A DNA stretch of 64,000 nucleotides from Neisseriaceae bacterium (lineage in GTDB: Bacteria; Pseudomonadota; Gammaproteobacteria; Burkholderiales; Neisseriaceae): assembly GCA_017458185.1 (NCBI GenBank), contig JAFTFY010000008.1:12315-76314 (forward strand), read 5' to 3'. The notes below the pieces were generated by a model that was not told the origin of the DNA, ran no database searches, and saw only the letters and a program-made list of their open reading frames with translations. Position 1 is the first letter of the stretch; the number at the start of each line of letters is the position of its first letter. Positions 38,957-49,240 of the stretch are shown piece after piece. A program made the position numbers and the translations under genes.

Positions 38957-39676
38957 TTATTTGCCATTGGCTTTGGCGGCTAACAACGCACCTGTGCCTA
39001 AAAACGATACTTTTGCGGGCTTTTGCGTGGTTGGTTTAGCCGCTGGGGCAGGCATTTTGCGTTCTTGACGCACTTTGGCAATCAGTTTATCCAATATTTG
39101 CATATCTTGGGCGTAGTTGCCTGATGATTTAATGCGGTATTTGCCGCCCACAATCACTTGCGGTGTGCTGTTGATATTGTATTCCAGCGTCATGCGTTCC
39201 ATTGCTTGACCTTCTGCCACATTTGTGGGGCTGTTGTATGCGTCTAACAGTTTTTTGCCCCATGCTCCCTGTGTGTTAATCCAAGTTTTGAATACAGTGG
39301 GATTGCGTAAATCCACATTTTTATCGAAAATGGCGGAAAAAATGGCAGGATTGGCTTCTTTTTTGGTGCCAGACGCACTAACCGCTGCCGAAATGCGGGC
39401 TAAATTGGTGTAACCATCGTCCCACACCACATGCACTGGGCGAAAATACGAGTCGGCAGGCAGATTTTGCACTTTGCCTGCGAGTTCTTTTTCTAAATTT
39501 TTGCAATGAATACAAGTATAGGCAAAAAATTCCAATACTTCGATTTTATCTTTTTGTAATTGGGCAATGGGTTTTTGCAAAACGGTGTAATCTTTGCCCA
39601 ATGCCAAATCGTCAGCATTTGCCGCGATAAAAGACAAAGATAAGGTTAATCCTGTAATTATGTGTTTGATTTTCAT
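38957..39676 (-). CDS. dsbA: DsbA-family thiol:disulfide oxidoreductase
   Basis: It has a signal peptide, the FAYTCIHC (CxxC) active site and an extended Pro/Ala/Lys C-terminus. Confidence 0.85.
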   Translation of the reverse strand: MKIKHIITGLTLSLSFIAANADDLALGKDYTVLQKPIAQLQKDKIEVLEFFAYTCIHCKNLEKELAGKVQNLPADSYFRPVHVVWDDGYTNLARISAAVSASGTKKEANPAIFSAIFDKNVDLRNPTVFKTWINTQGAWGKKLLDAYNSPTNVAEGQAMERMTLEYNINSTPQVIVGGKYRIKSSGNYAQDMQILDKLIAKVRQERKMPAPAAKPTTQKPAKVSFLGTGALLAAKANGK

Positions 39677-39696
39677 CGTTTTTTCCTTATGATGAT

Positions 39697-40539
39697 TTAA
39701 CGGTATGGAATCACAATGCTGTCGGTATTTTGTTCAGCCAAACGCTTTTTCAAGGCGTAGGCTTGTTCGGTATCAATCGAACCCGACCGCACACGATAAT
39801 AAGTTTTGCCGTCTCGAACCGCTGTTTCAATATGCGTGGAAACGCCCAACATACTTAATTTAGCGCGTTGATTTTCGGCTTGTTCCTGTGTGGCAAACGA
39901 GCCTGCCTGAACCACGCTTTTGCCTTCAACAACAGGTTTGAAAACACTTTTTTGAGCGGTTTGTTTTTCAGGCTGCTTGTTGTTTTTTTGTTCTATTCGA
40001 CCAATTAAATTGCCTAAATCATCGTCATCTTGATTTTTTTTCGCTTGTTTGTCTTGGTCGATTTTGGCGATTAAATTGCCCAAATCGTCTTTTTTCTCTT
40101 TTTCAGGTTTTTTATCTGCTTGTTTTTCTTGGTCTTTTTTACGAATAAATTCGCCCAAAACATCGTCATTGGCTTTTTTGGGTTCTTCTTTTTTGGCGAT
40201 TTCTTTTTTATCGGTTTCGGTCGTGCTTGCCACTGTATTTTCAGGTGTGGCTGGCGTTTCAGGCACAACTTCGGTTTGCAAGGGCGGCACGCCAGCGTCT
40301 TGCGGACGAATAATTTCCGTAGTTACAGGCGTTGCTGTGCGTTGTGGGCGTTGATATTCATTGGGGTCGTTGCGTTCAACCTGCGGCTGTTGCAGAGTAT
40401 TGTGTTTGTTGTTCATATACCACATCAACACCGCAACCGCACCGACTGCCAAAATCATACCAATCAAAATGCCTGTAATAATGCCATTTCCGCCGCCGCC
40501 ACGAGATGAACGGCGTCTGCTACTTCTTCTTCTTGCCAT
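39697..40539 (-). CDS. SPOR-domain cell-division protein (FtsN-like)
   Basis: An N-terminal basic tail plus TM is followed by a Lys/Glu/Asp-rich linker and a C-terminal SPOR domain (VVQAGSFATQEQAENQRAKL..YYRVRSG). Confidence 0.8.
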   Translation of the reverse strand: MARRRSSRRRSSRGGGGNGIITGILIGMILAVGAVAVLMWYMNNKHNTLQQPQVERNDPNEYQRPQRTATPVTTEIIRPQDAGVPPLQTEVVPETPATPENTVASTTETDKKEIAKKEEPKKANDDVLGEFIRKKDQEKQADKKPEKEKKDDLGNLIAKIDQDKQAKKNQDDDDLGNLIGRIEQKNNKQPEKQTAQKSVFKPVVEGKSVVQAGSFATQEQAENQRAKLSMLGVSTHIETAVRDGKTYYRVRSGSIDTEQAYALKKRLAEQNTDSIVIPYR

Positions 40540-40583
40540 TGTGTATAGAAAATATATTTAAAGAATGGGGGATTATATCAAAT

Positions 40584-40792
40584 TAGTGAGTAGTTAGCAG
40601 GGAGAAGTTAGCAGTGAGCAGTGAGCAGTTGTTTTGTTTTGCCTGACGGCAAAACGGATTATTTTTAGGTAACGCTTCGATTGTGCCTTTCAGGCAGCCT
40701 GAAAAAAAAATCGAAGCGTTATCTAAATATATCCGTCAATCCGCAGGATTGACATAACAACTGCTCACTGCTCACTACTAACTTCTCACTGC
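40584..40792. repeat. heptamer-capped palindromic element, copy 4
   Basis: The caps lie at 40584-40630 and 40758-40792. The central DUS at 40689 is flanked by aggtaacgcttcgat / atcgaagcgttatct. The right cap contains the zapE stop codon. Confidence 0.8.
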
Positions 40793-41931
40793 AAAGCCAA
40801 ATGCGGCAAAGCCAAATATTCTGCCGATTGCATTTCCTGCATACGGCTTACCGTGCGGGTAAATTCATTCGCAAAACTGCCGTGTGTGTAAAGTTCGTTC
40901 AGGCTGCCTGAAATGGTTGCACAGCATTTCACACGGTAATCATACGCCACATCAATAAACCAAGTGAGCCGTCTGGCTTCGTTTTGTTCGGCGGCACTCA
41001 TAGGGCGAATGCCCGAAATAAAAATAAAGCGAAATTTTTTTGCCAAACGCAAATAATCTTCTTGCGAGCGAGCGGTGAAAAAAAGTTCTTCAAAATCAAA
41101 CCAAATGGCTTCATTCGTTTGCCCAAGACAAGCGATTTTTCTACCTAAAATTTCTATGTGTTCAGGCAGCCTTTTAGAACCTTCGGTCAGACGAGAAAAC
41201 AGAGCAGATAAGGCTTTTTCGCCGTCTTCATCCACAGGAAAATACACATCGGCATTTGTCAGGGTTCGCATACGGTAATCATTGCCGCCATCAACATTGA
41301 GCACCGTCAGTTGCTGTTTGATTAAATCAATCGTGGGCAAAAAGTTGTGGCGATTCAAACCGTTCGGATACAAAGCGTCTGGGGCGTAGTTAGAAGTCAT
41401 CACCAAAACCACGCCGTGAAGAAATAAACCTTCTAATAATCTGCCCAAAATCATTGCGTCCGCAATGTGGCTAATGTGAAATTCATCAAAACACAAAACA
41501 CGCACTTCACCCGCAATTTGTGCCGACAACGCCATAACAGGATTTTCCTGATTTTTGAGATTGTTCAGCCGCTGATGAATTTCCGACATAAACGCATGAA
41601 AATGCACGCGTTTTTTGCGAATATAAGGCAAGCAACCGTAAAAAGCGTCCATTAAAAAACTTTTACCACGCCCGACACCGCCCCAAAAATACAAACCTTT
41701 GGGCGACACAGGCGAACGCAAAGAACGCCCCAAAAAACGATTGCGTTTTTCTTTGAAATCAATCAGTTGATGCCAAAGTTGGTCAAGGGCGTGTATGGCT
41801 TTTTCCTGTGCAGGGTCTTTGACAAAACCCGCCTGCTTGGCGGCTTCACGATACCACGACAGCGGCGTGTGGCGGTCAAATGACGGTGCGGTGAATGTGT
41901 TTGGATTTGTCATAGCGTGTTTCTTCTTCAA
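40786..41931 (-). CDS. zapE: cell division protein ZapE (AFG1-like ATPase)
   Basis: GLYFWGGVGRGKSFLMD is Walker A and LCFDEFH is Walker B. Confidence 0.9.
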   Translation of the reverse strand: MKKKHAMTNPNTFTAPSFDRHTPLSWYREAAKQAGFVKDPAQEKAIHALDQLWHQLIDFKEKRNRFLGRSLRSPVSPKGLYFWGGVGRGKSFLMDAFYGCLPYIRKKRVHFHAFMSEIHQRLNNLKNQENPVMALSAQIAGEVRVLCFDEFHISHIADAMILGRLLEGLFLHGVVLVMTSNYAPDALYPNGLNRHNFLPTIDLIKQQLTVLNVDGGNDYRMRTLTNADVYFPVDEDGEKALSALFSRLTEGSKRLPEHIEILGRKIACLGQTNEAIWFDFEELFFTARSQEDYLRLAKKFRFIFISGIRPMSAAEQNEARRLTWFIDVAYDYRVKCCATISGSLNELYTHGSFANEFTRTVSRMQEMQSAEYLALPHLALQ

Positions 41932-42099
41932 TGTGTTTTCAGGCTGCCTGAAAGATTATCTTTTAATAAACGAGTAAAACCGATAAAATTTTTTTCACAT
42001 TTCCGAAACGGCGTCTCGGATTTTACGATTTTTTATCGCTACAATGCTTTTGCGTGGAAAGAACGAACTTATTTAGTTTCAGGCTGCCTGAAAGTATCA

Positions 42100-42870
42100 T
42101 TAAGTAATAATAAATTCAGTATGTTTTGCAATATAATTCTCTAATTCATCTGTTTCTATTTTAATCAATTCTTGTGAATATTTATCTTGATAACGATAAA
42201 ATTCAGGCATTTCTGATGAATATTTTTCGTTATCTTTTAAAACTTGATAAATGAAACTGGCTATTTTCAAAATATGGTTTTCAAAATCTTGTTGTGCTTC
42301 TCTTGAATTAGATGATTTTGTATCAAGAAAAAATCCTTTACCCAAAGTGATTTTTTTAATTTCGATGGGCAAGTAATTTTGTTCTAAAATTGCTCTATAT
42401 TCTTGTTCATATTCCCAAGCCTTACTTTTTCGACACATTATATTTTTTAAATCATTTTTAAGTTCTTTTTCTAATTCTTCATTAGTAACAAAATGTTCTT
42501 TTTGTTTATATTGTACTGGTTTTATATAACTTCTAAAACTATCAACAATAAAATCAATCCGTATGCCTTTTGAGCCATTAGCATAATGACCCCACATTAA
42601 CTCTTCACCGTCATTATTATCGCTTGTGAAATGGGAAAAACAACAAATAAATCGTTTATTTTTTTCATCGTAAATTTTTTCTATAATTTTTTCCCCGACA
42701 TTATCAGAAACAAAATAAACACATTCTGCAATATCATTAAATTCTTTATAATTTTGAGCAAATAATCTTGAATGCTCAAAAATATCTTTGGCATATTTAT
42801 TGCGTTCCCAAAATGGTTTAGAACAATCATTTCTTCTATAATTTAATGCTTTAAATTTAGAGTAAGTCAT
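42100..42870 (-). CDS. DUF2971-family protein (AT-rich orphan cassette)
   Basis: MWGHYANGSKGIRIDF matches the conserved DUF2971 core, as I remember it. The gene is very AT-rich and bracketed by DUS at 41938, 42078, 42890 (variant) and 42981. Confidence 0.65.
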   Translation of the reverse strand: MTYSKFKALNYRRNDCSKPFWERNKYAKDIFEHSRLFAQNYKEFNDIAECVYFVSDNVGEKIIEKIYDEKNKRFICCFSHFTSDNNDGEELMWGHYANGSKGIRIDFIVDSFRSYIKPVQYKQKEHFVTNEELEKELKNDLKNIMCRKSKAWEYEQEYRAILEQNYLPIEIKKITLGKGFFLDTKSSNSREAQQDFENHILKIASFIYQVLKDNEKYSSEMPEFYRYQDKYSQELIKIETDELENYIAKHTEFIIT

Positions 42871-43000
42871 TTCTTTTCCTTTTTCTTATTTCAGGCAGTC
42901 TGAAAAATAAAATCCATTCTCCTTGCATGCGGAGATTGCCACGCCTTGCCTTTGGCAAGGCTCGCAATGACAGTAATTTTTTCAGGCTGCCTGAAAACAA

Positions 43001-43855
43001 TTATTTATCGTGCAACTTTGCCGCTTCTAATGTATTTTCCAACAAAGACGCAATCGTCATCGGCCCTACGCCGCCTGGCACAGGCGTGATATAAGACGCT
43101 TTTTCTCGTGCCGTTGCAAATTCCACATCGCCGCACAATTTGCCGTTTTCCAAGCGGTTAATGCCCACATCAATCACCACTGCACCGTCTTTAATCCATT
43201 CGCCTTTAATGCAATTCGGACGACCCACAGCGGCAACCACAATATCCGCTCTACCTACTTCCGCAGGCAAGTCTTTTGTTGCGGTGTGGCACACGGTAAT
43301 GGTGGCTCGATTCATCAGCATTTCCAAGGCTTGCGGTCTGCCAACAATATTCGACTGCCCCACAATCGTTACATTTTTTCCTTTAACATCAATACCATAT
43401 TCAGCCAGCATAGTCATCACCCCTTTGGGCGTGCAAGGACGCATTAAGGGCATTTTTACCGCCAAACGCCCGATGTTGTAAGGGTGAAAACCATCAACAT
43501 CTTTATCGGGGCGGATTCTTTCAATAATTTTTTGACTGTCGATATGGTCAGGCACAGGCAGTTGCACCAAAATGCCATCAACAGTGTCATCGTTATTGAG
43601 TTCGTTAATCAATGCCAACAATTCGGCTTCACTAAAATCAGCCGATTTTTCATACGACAAAGAACGAAAACCCACTTTTTCGCACGCATTTTTTTTATTG
43701 CGAACATACACATGGCTGGCTGGATTGTCGCCCACTAAAATCACCGCAAGGCACGGCGGACGCTTGTTTTCGGCGGTGCGTTTTGCCACTTCGGCAGCAA
43801 TTTTGTCTAAACATTTTACAGATACGGCTTTGCCGTCAATAATTTGTGCGGTCAT
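43001..43855 (-). CDS. folD: bifunctional methylenetetrahydrofolate dehydrogenase/cyclohydrolase
   Basis: IIDGK.., [23 protein letters not shown].. and [10 protein letters not shown] are FolD signatures. Confidence 0.96.
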   Translation of the reverse strand: MTAQIIDGKAVSVKCLDKIAAEVAKRTAENKRPPCLAVILVGDNPASHVYVRNKKNACEKVGFRSLSYEKSADFSEAELLALINELNNDDTVDGILVQLPVPDHIDSQKIIERIRPDKDVDGFHPYNIGRLAVKMPLMRPCTPKGVMTMLAEYGIDVKGKNVTIVGQSNIVGRPQALEMLMNRATITVCHTATKDLPAEVGRADIVVAAVGRPNCIKGEWIKDGAVVIDVGINRLENGKLCGDVEFATAREKASYITPVPGGVGPMTIASLLENTLEAAKLHDK

Positions 43856-43927
43856 GGTTTTCTTTCTGATAAAAATTATAAAAGGGTTTATTTTAATTCA
43901 TTTCATCTTGTAAAAAGAATAAAAAAA

Positions 43928-44140
43928 GCGTTTTAACTTCGCCTGTCGGCTCGCAGAAACTTCGGTTTGATTACTTCGTAATCCTTTATTGACGGCGTCA
44001 ATAAAGATTTCACCTAACGGTGAAATAAACCTTGTTTTAGCTTCACTTCGTTCGCAGAAACTTCGGTTTGATTGCTTCGCAATCCACTTTAACAAACTGC
44101 GTTTGTTAAAGGTTGATACTTCGTATCAACTAAACCTTGT
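43928..44140. repeat. array of short hairpins (C-TTY-G loop family), ending at a DUS
   Basis: The hairpins include gattaCTTCGtaatc, ttgacGGCgtcaa, tttcaCCTAACGGtgaaa, gattgCTTCGcaatc, ttaacaaaCTGCGtttgttaa and ttgataCTTCGtatcaa. Related arrays lie at 58660-58760, 50593-50689 and 25457-25550. Confidence 0.75.
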
Positions 44141-44156
44141 TTCAGGCAGCCTGAAA

Positions 44157-44795
44157 TCATCTCCGATACCCACGACCCAATAGATAAATTTCGTTTGACC
44201 TGCCGCGAGACGCTTTGGGTTTGACCGATATGGTTTTGGCAAAGGACAATTTTAACGCTTGCATATATTCATTAAAACCCGCTCCCTGAAACACTTTGAT
44301 TAAAAAATTGCCGCCGTCTTTCAAATGGTTGCGGGCAAAGTCCAAAGCCAAATCAGAGAGATAAAAACTTTTCGCTTGGTCGGTTACCGTGTTGCCGCTC
44401 ATATTGGGGGCAATGTCAGAAATCACCAAATCAACCGCTTTTTCGCCCACTGCCTTTTCTAATTGTTGCAAAACGGCGTCTTCGCGAAAATCGCCTTGAA
44501 TAAATGTTACGCCGTCAATTTCGTCCATCGGCAGAATATCCAAAGCGAAAACAGTGGCTGATTTTCCTAATTTTCGAGCGACTACTTGCGACCAAGAACC
44601 TGGTGCTGAACCCAAATCGACAATCGTTATATTCGGACGCAATAAATTGTATTTTTCGTTTATTTCTAATAACTTATAAGCGGCTCTTGCACGGTAACCT
44701 TCTTTTTGTGCCAAATGCACAAAAGGGTCATTCACATGCTCATTCAACCACGCTTGTGAAGTTTTGGAGCGGTTTTTTTTGGGCGGATTACTCAT
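44157..44795 (-). CDS. rlmE: 23S rRNA (uridine2552-2'-O)-methyltransferase
   Basis: YRARAAYKL, VDLGSAPGSWSQ and DLVISDIAPNMSG are RlmE/FtsJ motifs. Confidence 0.93.
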   Translation of the reverse strand: MSNPPKKNRSKTSQAWLNEHVNDPFVHLAQKEGYRARAAYKLLEINEKYNLLRPNITIVDLGSAPGSWSQVVARKLGKSATVFALDILPMDEIDGVTFIQGDFREDAVLQQLEKAVGEKAVDLVISDIAPNMSGNTVTDQAKSFYLSDLALDFARNHLKDGGNFLIKVFQGAGFNEYMQALKLSFAKTISVKPKASRGRSNEIYLLGRGYRR

Positions 44796-44893
44796 TTGAA
44801 TATAATTTTCAGGCTGCCTGAAAGATAAAATAAACCGCGTATTGTAAATGAACTGCGAGTAAAATAGCGTATTTTAATTAAATTGTATTGCAA

Positions 44894-45178
44894 ATGGACA
44901 AACAAACTTTAAGCCCCAAACAACGCCAAGCCTTAAAAGCCCAAGCCCACGCCTTAAAACCTGTGGTGATTGTCGGTCAGAACGGTTTAACAGACGCAGT
45001 GATACGCGAAGCGGATATTGCCTTAAAAGCCCACGAGTTAATTAAAATTCGTGTTCGCAATGACGATAGAGATGAGCGAGAACAATTCGCCCAAATCTTT
45101 TGCGAGCGACTGAACGCACAATTAGTGGCTCATTCAGGTAAATTGATTATTTTATGGCGGAAGAATGAAGATAAATAA
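44894..45178 (+). CDS. yhbY: CRM-domain RNA-binding protein YhbY
   Basis: LKAQAHALKPVVIVGQNGLTDAV..E.ALKAHELIKIR. The gene is divergent from rlmE, as in other proteobacteria. The start is the ATG at 44894. Confidence 0.85.
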   Translation: MDKQTLSPKQRQALKAQAHALKPVVIVGQNGLTDAVIREADIALKAHELIKIRVRNDDRDEREQFAQIFCERLNAQLVAHSGKLIILWRKNEDK

Positions 45179-45252
45179 TTTTTCAGGTAGCCTGAAAAGC
45201 CTGTAAAATAGGCACTTTCAGGCTGCCTGAAACACAAAATAGGAAATACATT

Positions 45253-45912
45253 ATGGCATATCCAGTAATTGCGATTGATGGGCCGTCCGCGTCTGGCAAG
45301 GGAACGGTTGCGGCGAAAGTGGCTGACGCTTTGGAGTGGGCGTATTTAGATTCAGGGGCGTTGTATCGCTTAACCGCCTTGTATGCCAAAGAGCAGGGCG
45401 TGGATTTGCAGGACGAAAACGCTGTGGCTGAATTAGCCTTGCACCTGCCTGTGATGTTTCATTGTGGCGAAATTTTGTTAAATGGCAATAATGTGTCTGC
45501 CGACATTCGCACCGAAGAAATCAGCCTATTAGCCAGTCAAATTGCGGCTCTGCCCAAAGTGCGACAAGCCTTATTGCAACGGCAGCGAGATTTTTCGCGT
45601 GCGTCCGCCGTTGTGGCAGACGGTCGCGATATGGCAACTGTGGTGTTTCCCGAAGCGGTGTTAAAAGTTTTCTTAACCGCAACCGCACAAATTCGTGCCG
45701 AACGGCGTGCCAAACAATTAGGCATTGCCTTGAATACTGCTCAATTTCAACAAATTTTATCCGATATTGAAAAACGCGATGAAAAAGACAAAACCCGCCC
45801 CGTTGCCCCGCTGAAACAAGCGGCAGACGCTCATTTGGTTGATTCTTCCGATTTAACCATTGACGAAACGGTCGCCAAAGTTTTGGATTTATATCAGCAA
45901 GTGAAAAAATAA
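45253..45912 (+). CDS. cmk: cytidylate kinase
   Basis: IAIDGPSASGKGTVA is the P-loop, and DSGALYR and DGRDMATVVFP are also present. Confidence 0.95.
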   Translation: MAYPVIAIDGPSASGKGTVAAKVADALEWAYLDSGALYRLTALYAKEQGVDLQDENAVAELALHLPVMFHCGEILLNGNNVSADIRTEEISLLASQIAALPKVRQALLQRQRDFSRASAVVADGRDMATVVFPEAVLKVFLTATAQIRAERRAKQLGIALNTAQFQQILSDIEKRDEKDKTRPVAPLKQAADAHLVDSSDLTIDETVAKVLDLYQQVKK

Positions 45913-45931
45913 TTTTTGAAGTGTAGTGTAT

Positions 45932-46038
45932 TATAGTCGGTTCACAGCAAAAGCAGTCAAGGCGGAATGCCTGCGACAGTATAAATAATACGGCAAGGCT
46001 CAGCAGACGCTGAATGGTTTTGCTGTGAATCGACTATA
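45932..46038. mobile_element. Correia-like repeat-enclosed element (107 bp)
   Basis: The termini are TATAGTCGGTTCACAGCAAAA ... TTTTGCTGTGAATCGACTATA, with the core ..caaggcggaatgcctgcgacagtataaataatacggcaaggc.. Confidence 0.85.
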
Positions 46039-46042
46039 ACTA

Positions 46043-46079
46043 TAAAAAAAACCGTTTCAGGCAGCCTGAAACGGTTTTT
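46043..46079. terminator. bidirectional terminator with a DUS at its centre (cmk / glyS convergent)
   Basis: aaaaaaaaccgtttcaggc-a-gcctgaaacggttttt. Confidence 0.8.
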
Positions 46080-46096
46080 GTTTATTCACAAAACGC

Positions 46097-48160
46097 TTAA
46101 CAATCTAATAAGCCTATATCTGCCACAGCGTTTGTTTGTTTTTGAATAAACGCAAGCAAATTCAAACGGTTATGGCGAATACGCGAATCGTCTGCCATCA
46201 CCATGACGCTATCGAAAAATGCGTCAATCGGGGCTTTCAGTTGTGCCAAAGCGGTTAAGGCTGCCTGAAAATCTTTATTTGCCAAAGACGGTTGCACTTT
46301 TTCGGCAATCGTGGATACGGCGGCGTATAAATCTTTTTCGGCAGGCTCCACAAGCAATGCGTCTTCGATTTGAATTTCGTTCAAAGAAACGGCGTTTTTC
46401 TTCAAAATATTGCTCACCCGTTTGTTGGCAGCGGATAAGGCTTGGGCTTCGGCGAGTTTCTTAAAGTGCGACACCGCAGACAATCGTGCAGGAATATCGC
46501 CTAAATTGCCTGTTTTAACCGCCAAAACCGCAGCCACTTCATCGTGGGCGTAGTCGTTTTGCAACATAATCGAAAGCCGTGCGTCCATAAATTCTAATAC
46601 TTCCGACACCGTGCCGTCAGCGAGTTTGCCTTTTTCAAAGATATCAAAAGCAATTTGTACCAAAGATGAGAGCGTTAAATCGTGTTGCATTGCCATTCGC
46701 AATATGCCTAACGCATTGCGGCGTAAGCCGTACGGGTCTTTGTCGCCTGTGGGTTTTAAGCCAATGCCCCAAATGCCGACTAATGTTTCTAATTTATCAG
46801 CCAGTGCAACGCTTACGCCAACTGGGCTTTCAGGCAGCCTATCGCCTGCAAAGCGTGGCAGATAATGTTCTTCAATCGCACTTGCAACCACTTCGTCCAA
46901 GCCGTCATTTAAAGCGTAATAATGTCCCATAATGCCTTGCAGTTCGGGGAACTCGCCCACCATTTCGCACACCAAATCGGCTTTGCACAATTCCGCCGCA
47001 CGCAGGGTTTGAGCCACATCGGCGTTCATTTGCCCCGCAATATAAACCGCAATATCAATCAGCCGCACAATGCGTTCGGCTTGCGTGCCTAATTGATTGT
47101 GATACACCACATGCGTGAGTTTGGGCAGGCGGCTTTCAAGCGTGCGTTTTTTATCCTGCTCGAAGAAAAATTGTGCATCGCTTAATCTTGCACGCAAAAC
47201 GCGTTCGTTGCCTTTGATAATATGTTCAGGATTTTCAGCCTGCATATTCGACACCATTAAAAAACGGTGCGTGAGTTTGCCGTTTGCGTCCAACAAGGGG
47301 AAATATTTTTGATTTTGCTGCATGGTCAAAATCAAACATTCTTGCGGCACGCTTAAAAAATGCTGTTCAAATTCACCTTGTAAAACAACAGGATACTCAA
47401 CCAAAGCGGTTACTTCTTCTAATAAACCATTGTCCGCCGCCACAGAGGCTTGATATTGAGCCGCCAACTGATTTAAGGCAGCCTGAATATTTGCTTTGCG
47501 TTGTTCAAAAGACGCAATCACCTTGCCTTGATTGAATAAAATTTGTTCATAATTATCGGCGTGATCAATCACAATTTCGCCTGATGATAAAAAGCGATGA
47601 CCGAGTGTGCTGTTGCCACTATCCAAACCCAAAACCGACACAGAAAGCGTTTGATTTCCGTGTAAAACCAACAACTTATGCACAGGACGCACAAATGTAT
47701 GCGTACTGCTGCCCCAACGCATGACTTTGGGAATGGGCAATTTTTTCACTGCCGTTTGCAAAATTTCGCCTAATAATTCAGCCAAAGATTTACCGTGTTG
47801 CGTGTATTCAAACGCATACACATCTTGCTTGCCGTCATTGATGATTTTTAACGCCGACAATTCCGCCCCGCAAGACCGCATAAAGCCCTGCAAGGCACGG
47901 GTTGGCTCACCATTTTGCAAGGCATTGGCAACAGACGGCCCTTTTTTGACCATGTGCATATCAGGCTGAACGCCTTTGACATTTGGCACCAACACCGCCA
48001 AACGGCGTGGCGTGGCAAATGCCGTATGATTTTCGGCGTGGTCAATTAAGCGAGCGTCAAACAAACCCTGACTAATGGTCGCCGCAAAATGCTGACTTAA
48101 ATTTTTCAAGGCTTTGGGGGGCAATTCTTCGGTTAAAAGTTCAATCAATAAAGCGTCCAT
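46097..48160 (-). CDS. glyS: glycine--tRNA ligase beta subunit
   Basis: 687 aa. MDALLIELLTEELPPKAL.. gives full-length GlyS colinearity. glyQ is not adjacent. Confidence 0.96.
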   Translation of the reverse strand: MDALLIELLTEELPPKALKNLSQHFAATISQGLFDARLIDHAENHTAFATPRRLAVLVPNVKGVQPDMHMVKKGPSVANALQNGEPTRALQGFMRSCGAELSALKIINDGKQDVYAFEYTQHGKSLAELLGEILQTAVKKLPIPKVMRWGSSTHTFVRPVHKLLVLHGNQTLSVSVLGLDSGNSTLGHRFLSSGEIVIDHADNYEQILFNQGKVIASFEQRKANIQAALNQLAAQYQASVAADNGLLEEVTALVEYPVVLQGEFEQHFLSVPQECLILTMQQNQKYFPLLDANGKLTHRFLMVSNMQAENPEHIIKGNERVLRARLSDAQFFFEQDKKRTLESRLPKLTHVVYHNQLGTQAERIVRLIDIAVYIAGQMNADVAQTLRAAELCKADLVCEMVGEFPELQGIMGHYYALNDGLDEVVASAIEEHYLPRFAGDRLPESPVGVSVALADKLETLVGIWGIGLKPTGDKDPYGLRRNALGILRMAMQHDLTLSSLVQIAFDIFEKGKLADGTVSEVLEFMDARLSIMLQNDYAHDEVAAVLAVKTGNLGDIPARLSAVSHFKKLAEAQALSAANKRVSNILKKNAVSLNEIQIEDALLVEPAEKDLYAAVSTIAEKVQPSLANKDFQAALTALAQLKAPIDAFFDSVMVMADDSRIRHNRLNLLAFIQKQTNAVADIGLLDC

Positions 48161-48370
48161 CGTGTTTTTCCAAGTTCAGGCAGCCTGAAACAGCGTTCGG
48201 CGAAAGCCAAAATCAAACCGCAAGCATTAAAAATAAAAACCCTATATTTTCATATAAGAGTAGTGTTTTTTCAAGGGGAAAACGGAGAATAAAAGTTTTT
48301 CAGGCTGCCTGAAACTTTGATGGTAATCAGGTAAAATAACGCCTTATTTTTGATTATTAGGAATACGCCG

Positions 48371-49240
48371 ATGTCTTCTTTGATTAAAAAAGCCGTTTTT
48401 CCTGTGGCAGGAATGGGGTCGCGTTTTTTGCCTGCGACCAAAGCCAATCCCAAAGAAATGTTGCCGATTGTGGATAAGCCGCTTATTCAATACGCTGTGG
48501 AAGAGGCGGTTGAAGCAGGTTGTACCGAGTTGGTGTTTATTACGGGTCGCCACAAACGCTCGATTGAAGACCATTTCGATAAGGCGTATGAATTGGAAAA
48601 TGAACTTGCCATTCGCAATAAAGAAAAACTGTTATCGTGTGTGCAAAATGTTGTGCCGTCCAATGTATCGTGTATTTACATTCGTCAGTCAGAAGCATTA
48701 GGCTTGGGGCATGCGGTGTTGTGTGCCAAACCTGCAATAGGCAATGAGCCTTTTGCGGTAATTTTAGCCGATGATTTAATTGACGCACCCAAAGGGGCAT
48801 TGCGGCAAATGATTGAAGTGTACGAACAAACAGGTGTCTCGGTGTTGGGTGTGGAAGAAGTGGAAAAAAGCCAAACGGGTTCATATGGTATTGTGGCAAC
48901 AGGCGAATTGGACGGCAGACAACGCATTGAAAATATTGTCGAAAAACCGCACCCCGATGTGGCACCAAGCAATTTAGCCGTAGTCGGTCGCTACATTTTA
49001 ACGCCGCGAATTTTTGAATTTTTATCGACCATAAGGCGCGGTGCAGGCGGCGAAATTCAACTGACAGATGCCATTGCCCGCCTATTGCAATACGAAACGG
49101 TGATTGCTTATCCGTTTGATGGCAAACGCTACGACTGTGGCAGTAAAATCGGCTATTTACAAGCCACAGTGGATTTGGGCTTAAAACACCCCGAAACAGG
49201 GGACGCATTGCGTGAATATTTGCGTTCTTTGGCATTGTGA
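48371..49240 (+). CDS. galU: UTP--glucose-1-phosphate uridylyltransferase
   Basis: [30 protein letters not shown] is the GalU signature. The start is the ATG at 48371. Confidence 0.95.
   Translation: MSSLIKKAVFPVAGMGSRFLPATKANPKEMLPIVDKPLIQYAVEEAVEAGCTELVFITGRHKRSIEDHFDKAYELENELAIRNKEKLLSCVQNVVPSNVSCIYIRQSEALGLGHAVLCAKPAIGNEPFAVILADDLIDAPKGALRQMIEVYEQTGVSVLGVEEVEKSQTGSYGIVATGELDGRQRIENIVEKPHPDVAPSNLAVVGRYILTPRIFEFLSTIRRGAGGEIQLTDAIARLLQYETVIAYPFDGKRYDCGSKIGYLQATVDLGLKHPETGDALREYLRSLAL

Noticed and set aside
46097-48160. glyS lacks glyQ, trpB lacks trpA, carB lacks carA and rlmE lacks ftsH. This might indicate rearrangement.
   Set aside because: Dispersal of such operons is, as far as I know, normal in Neisseriaceae genomes. 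It cannot be judged unusual from one window.
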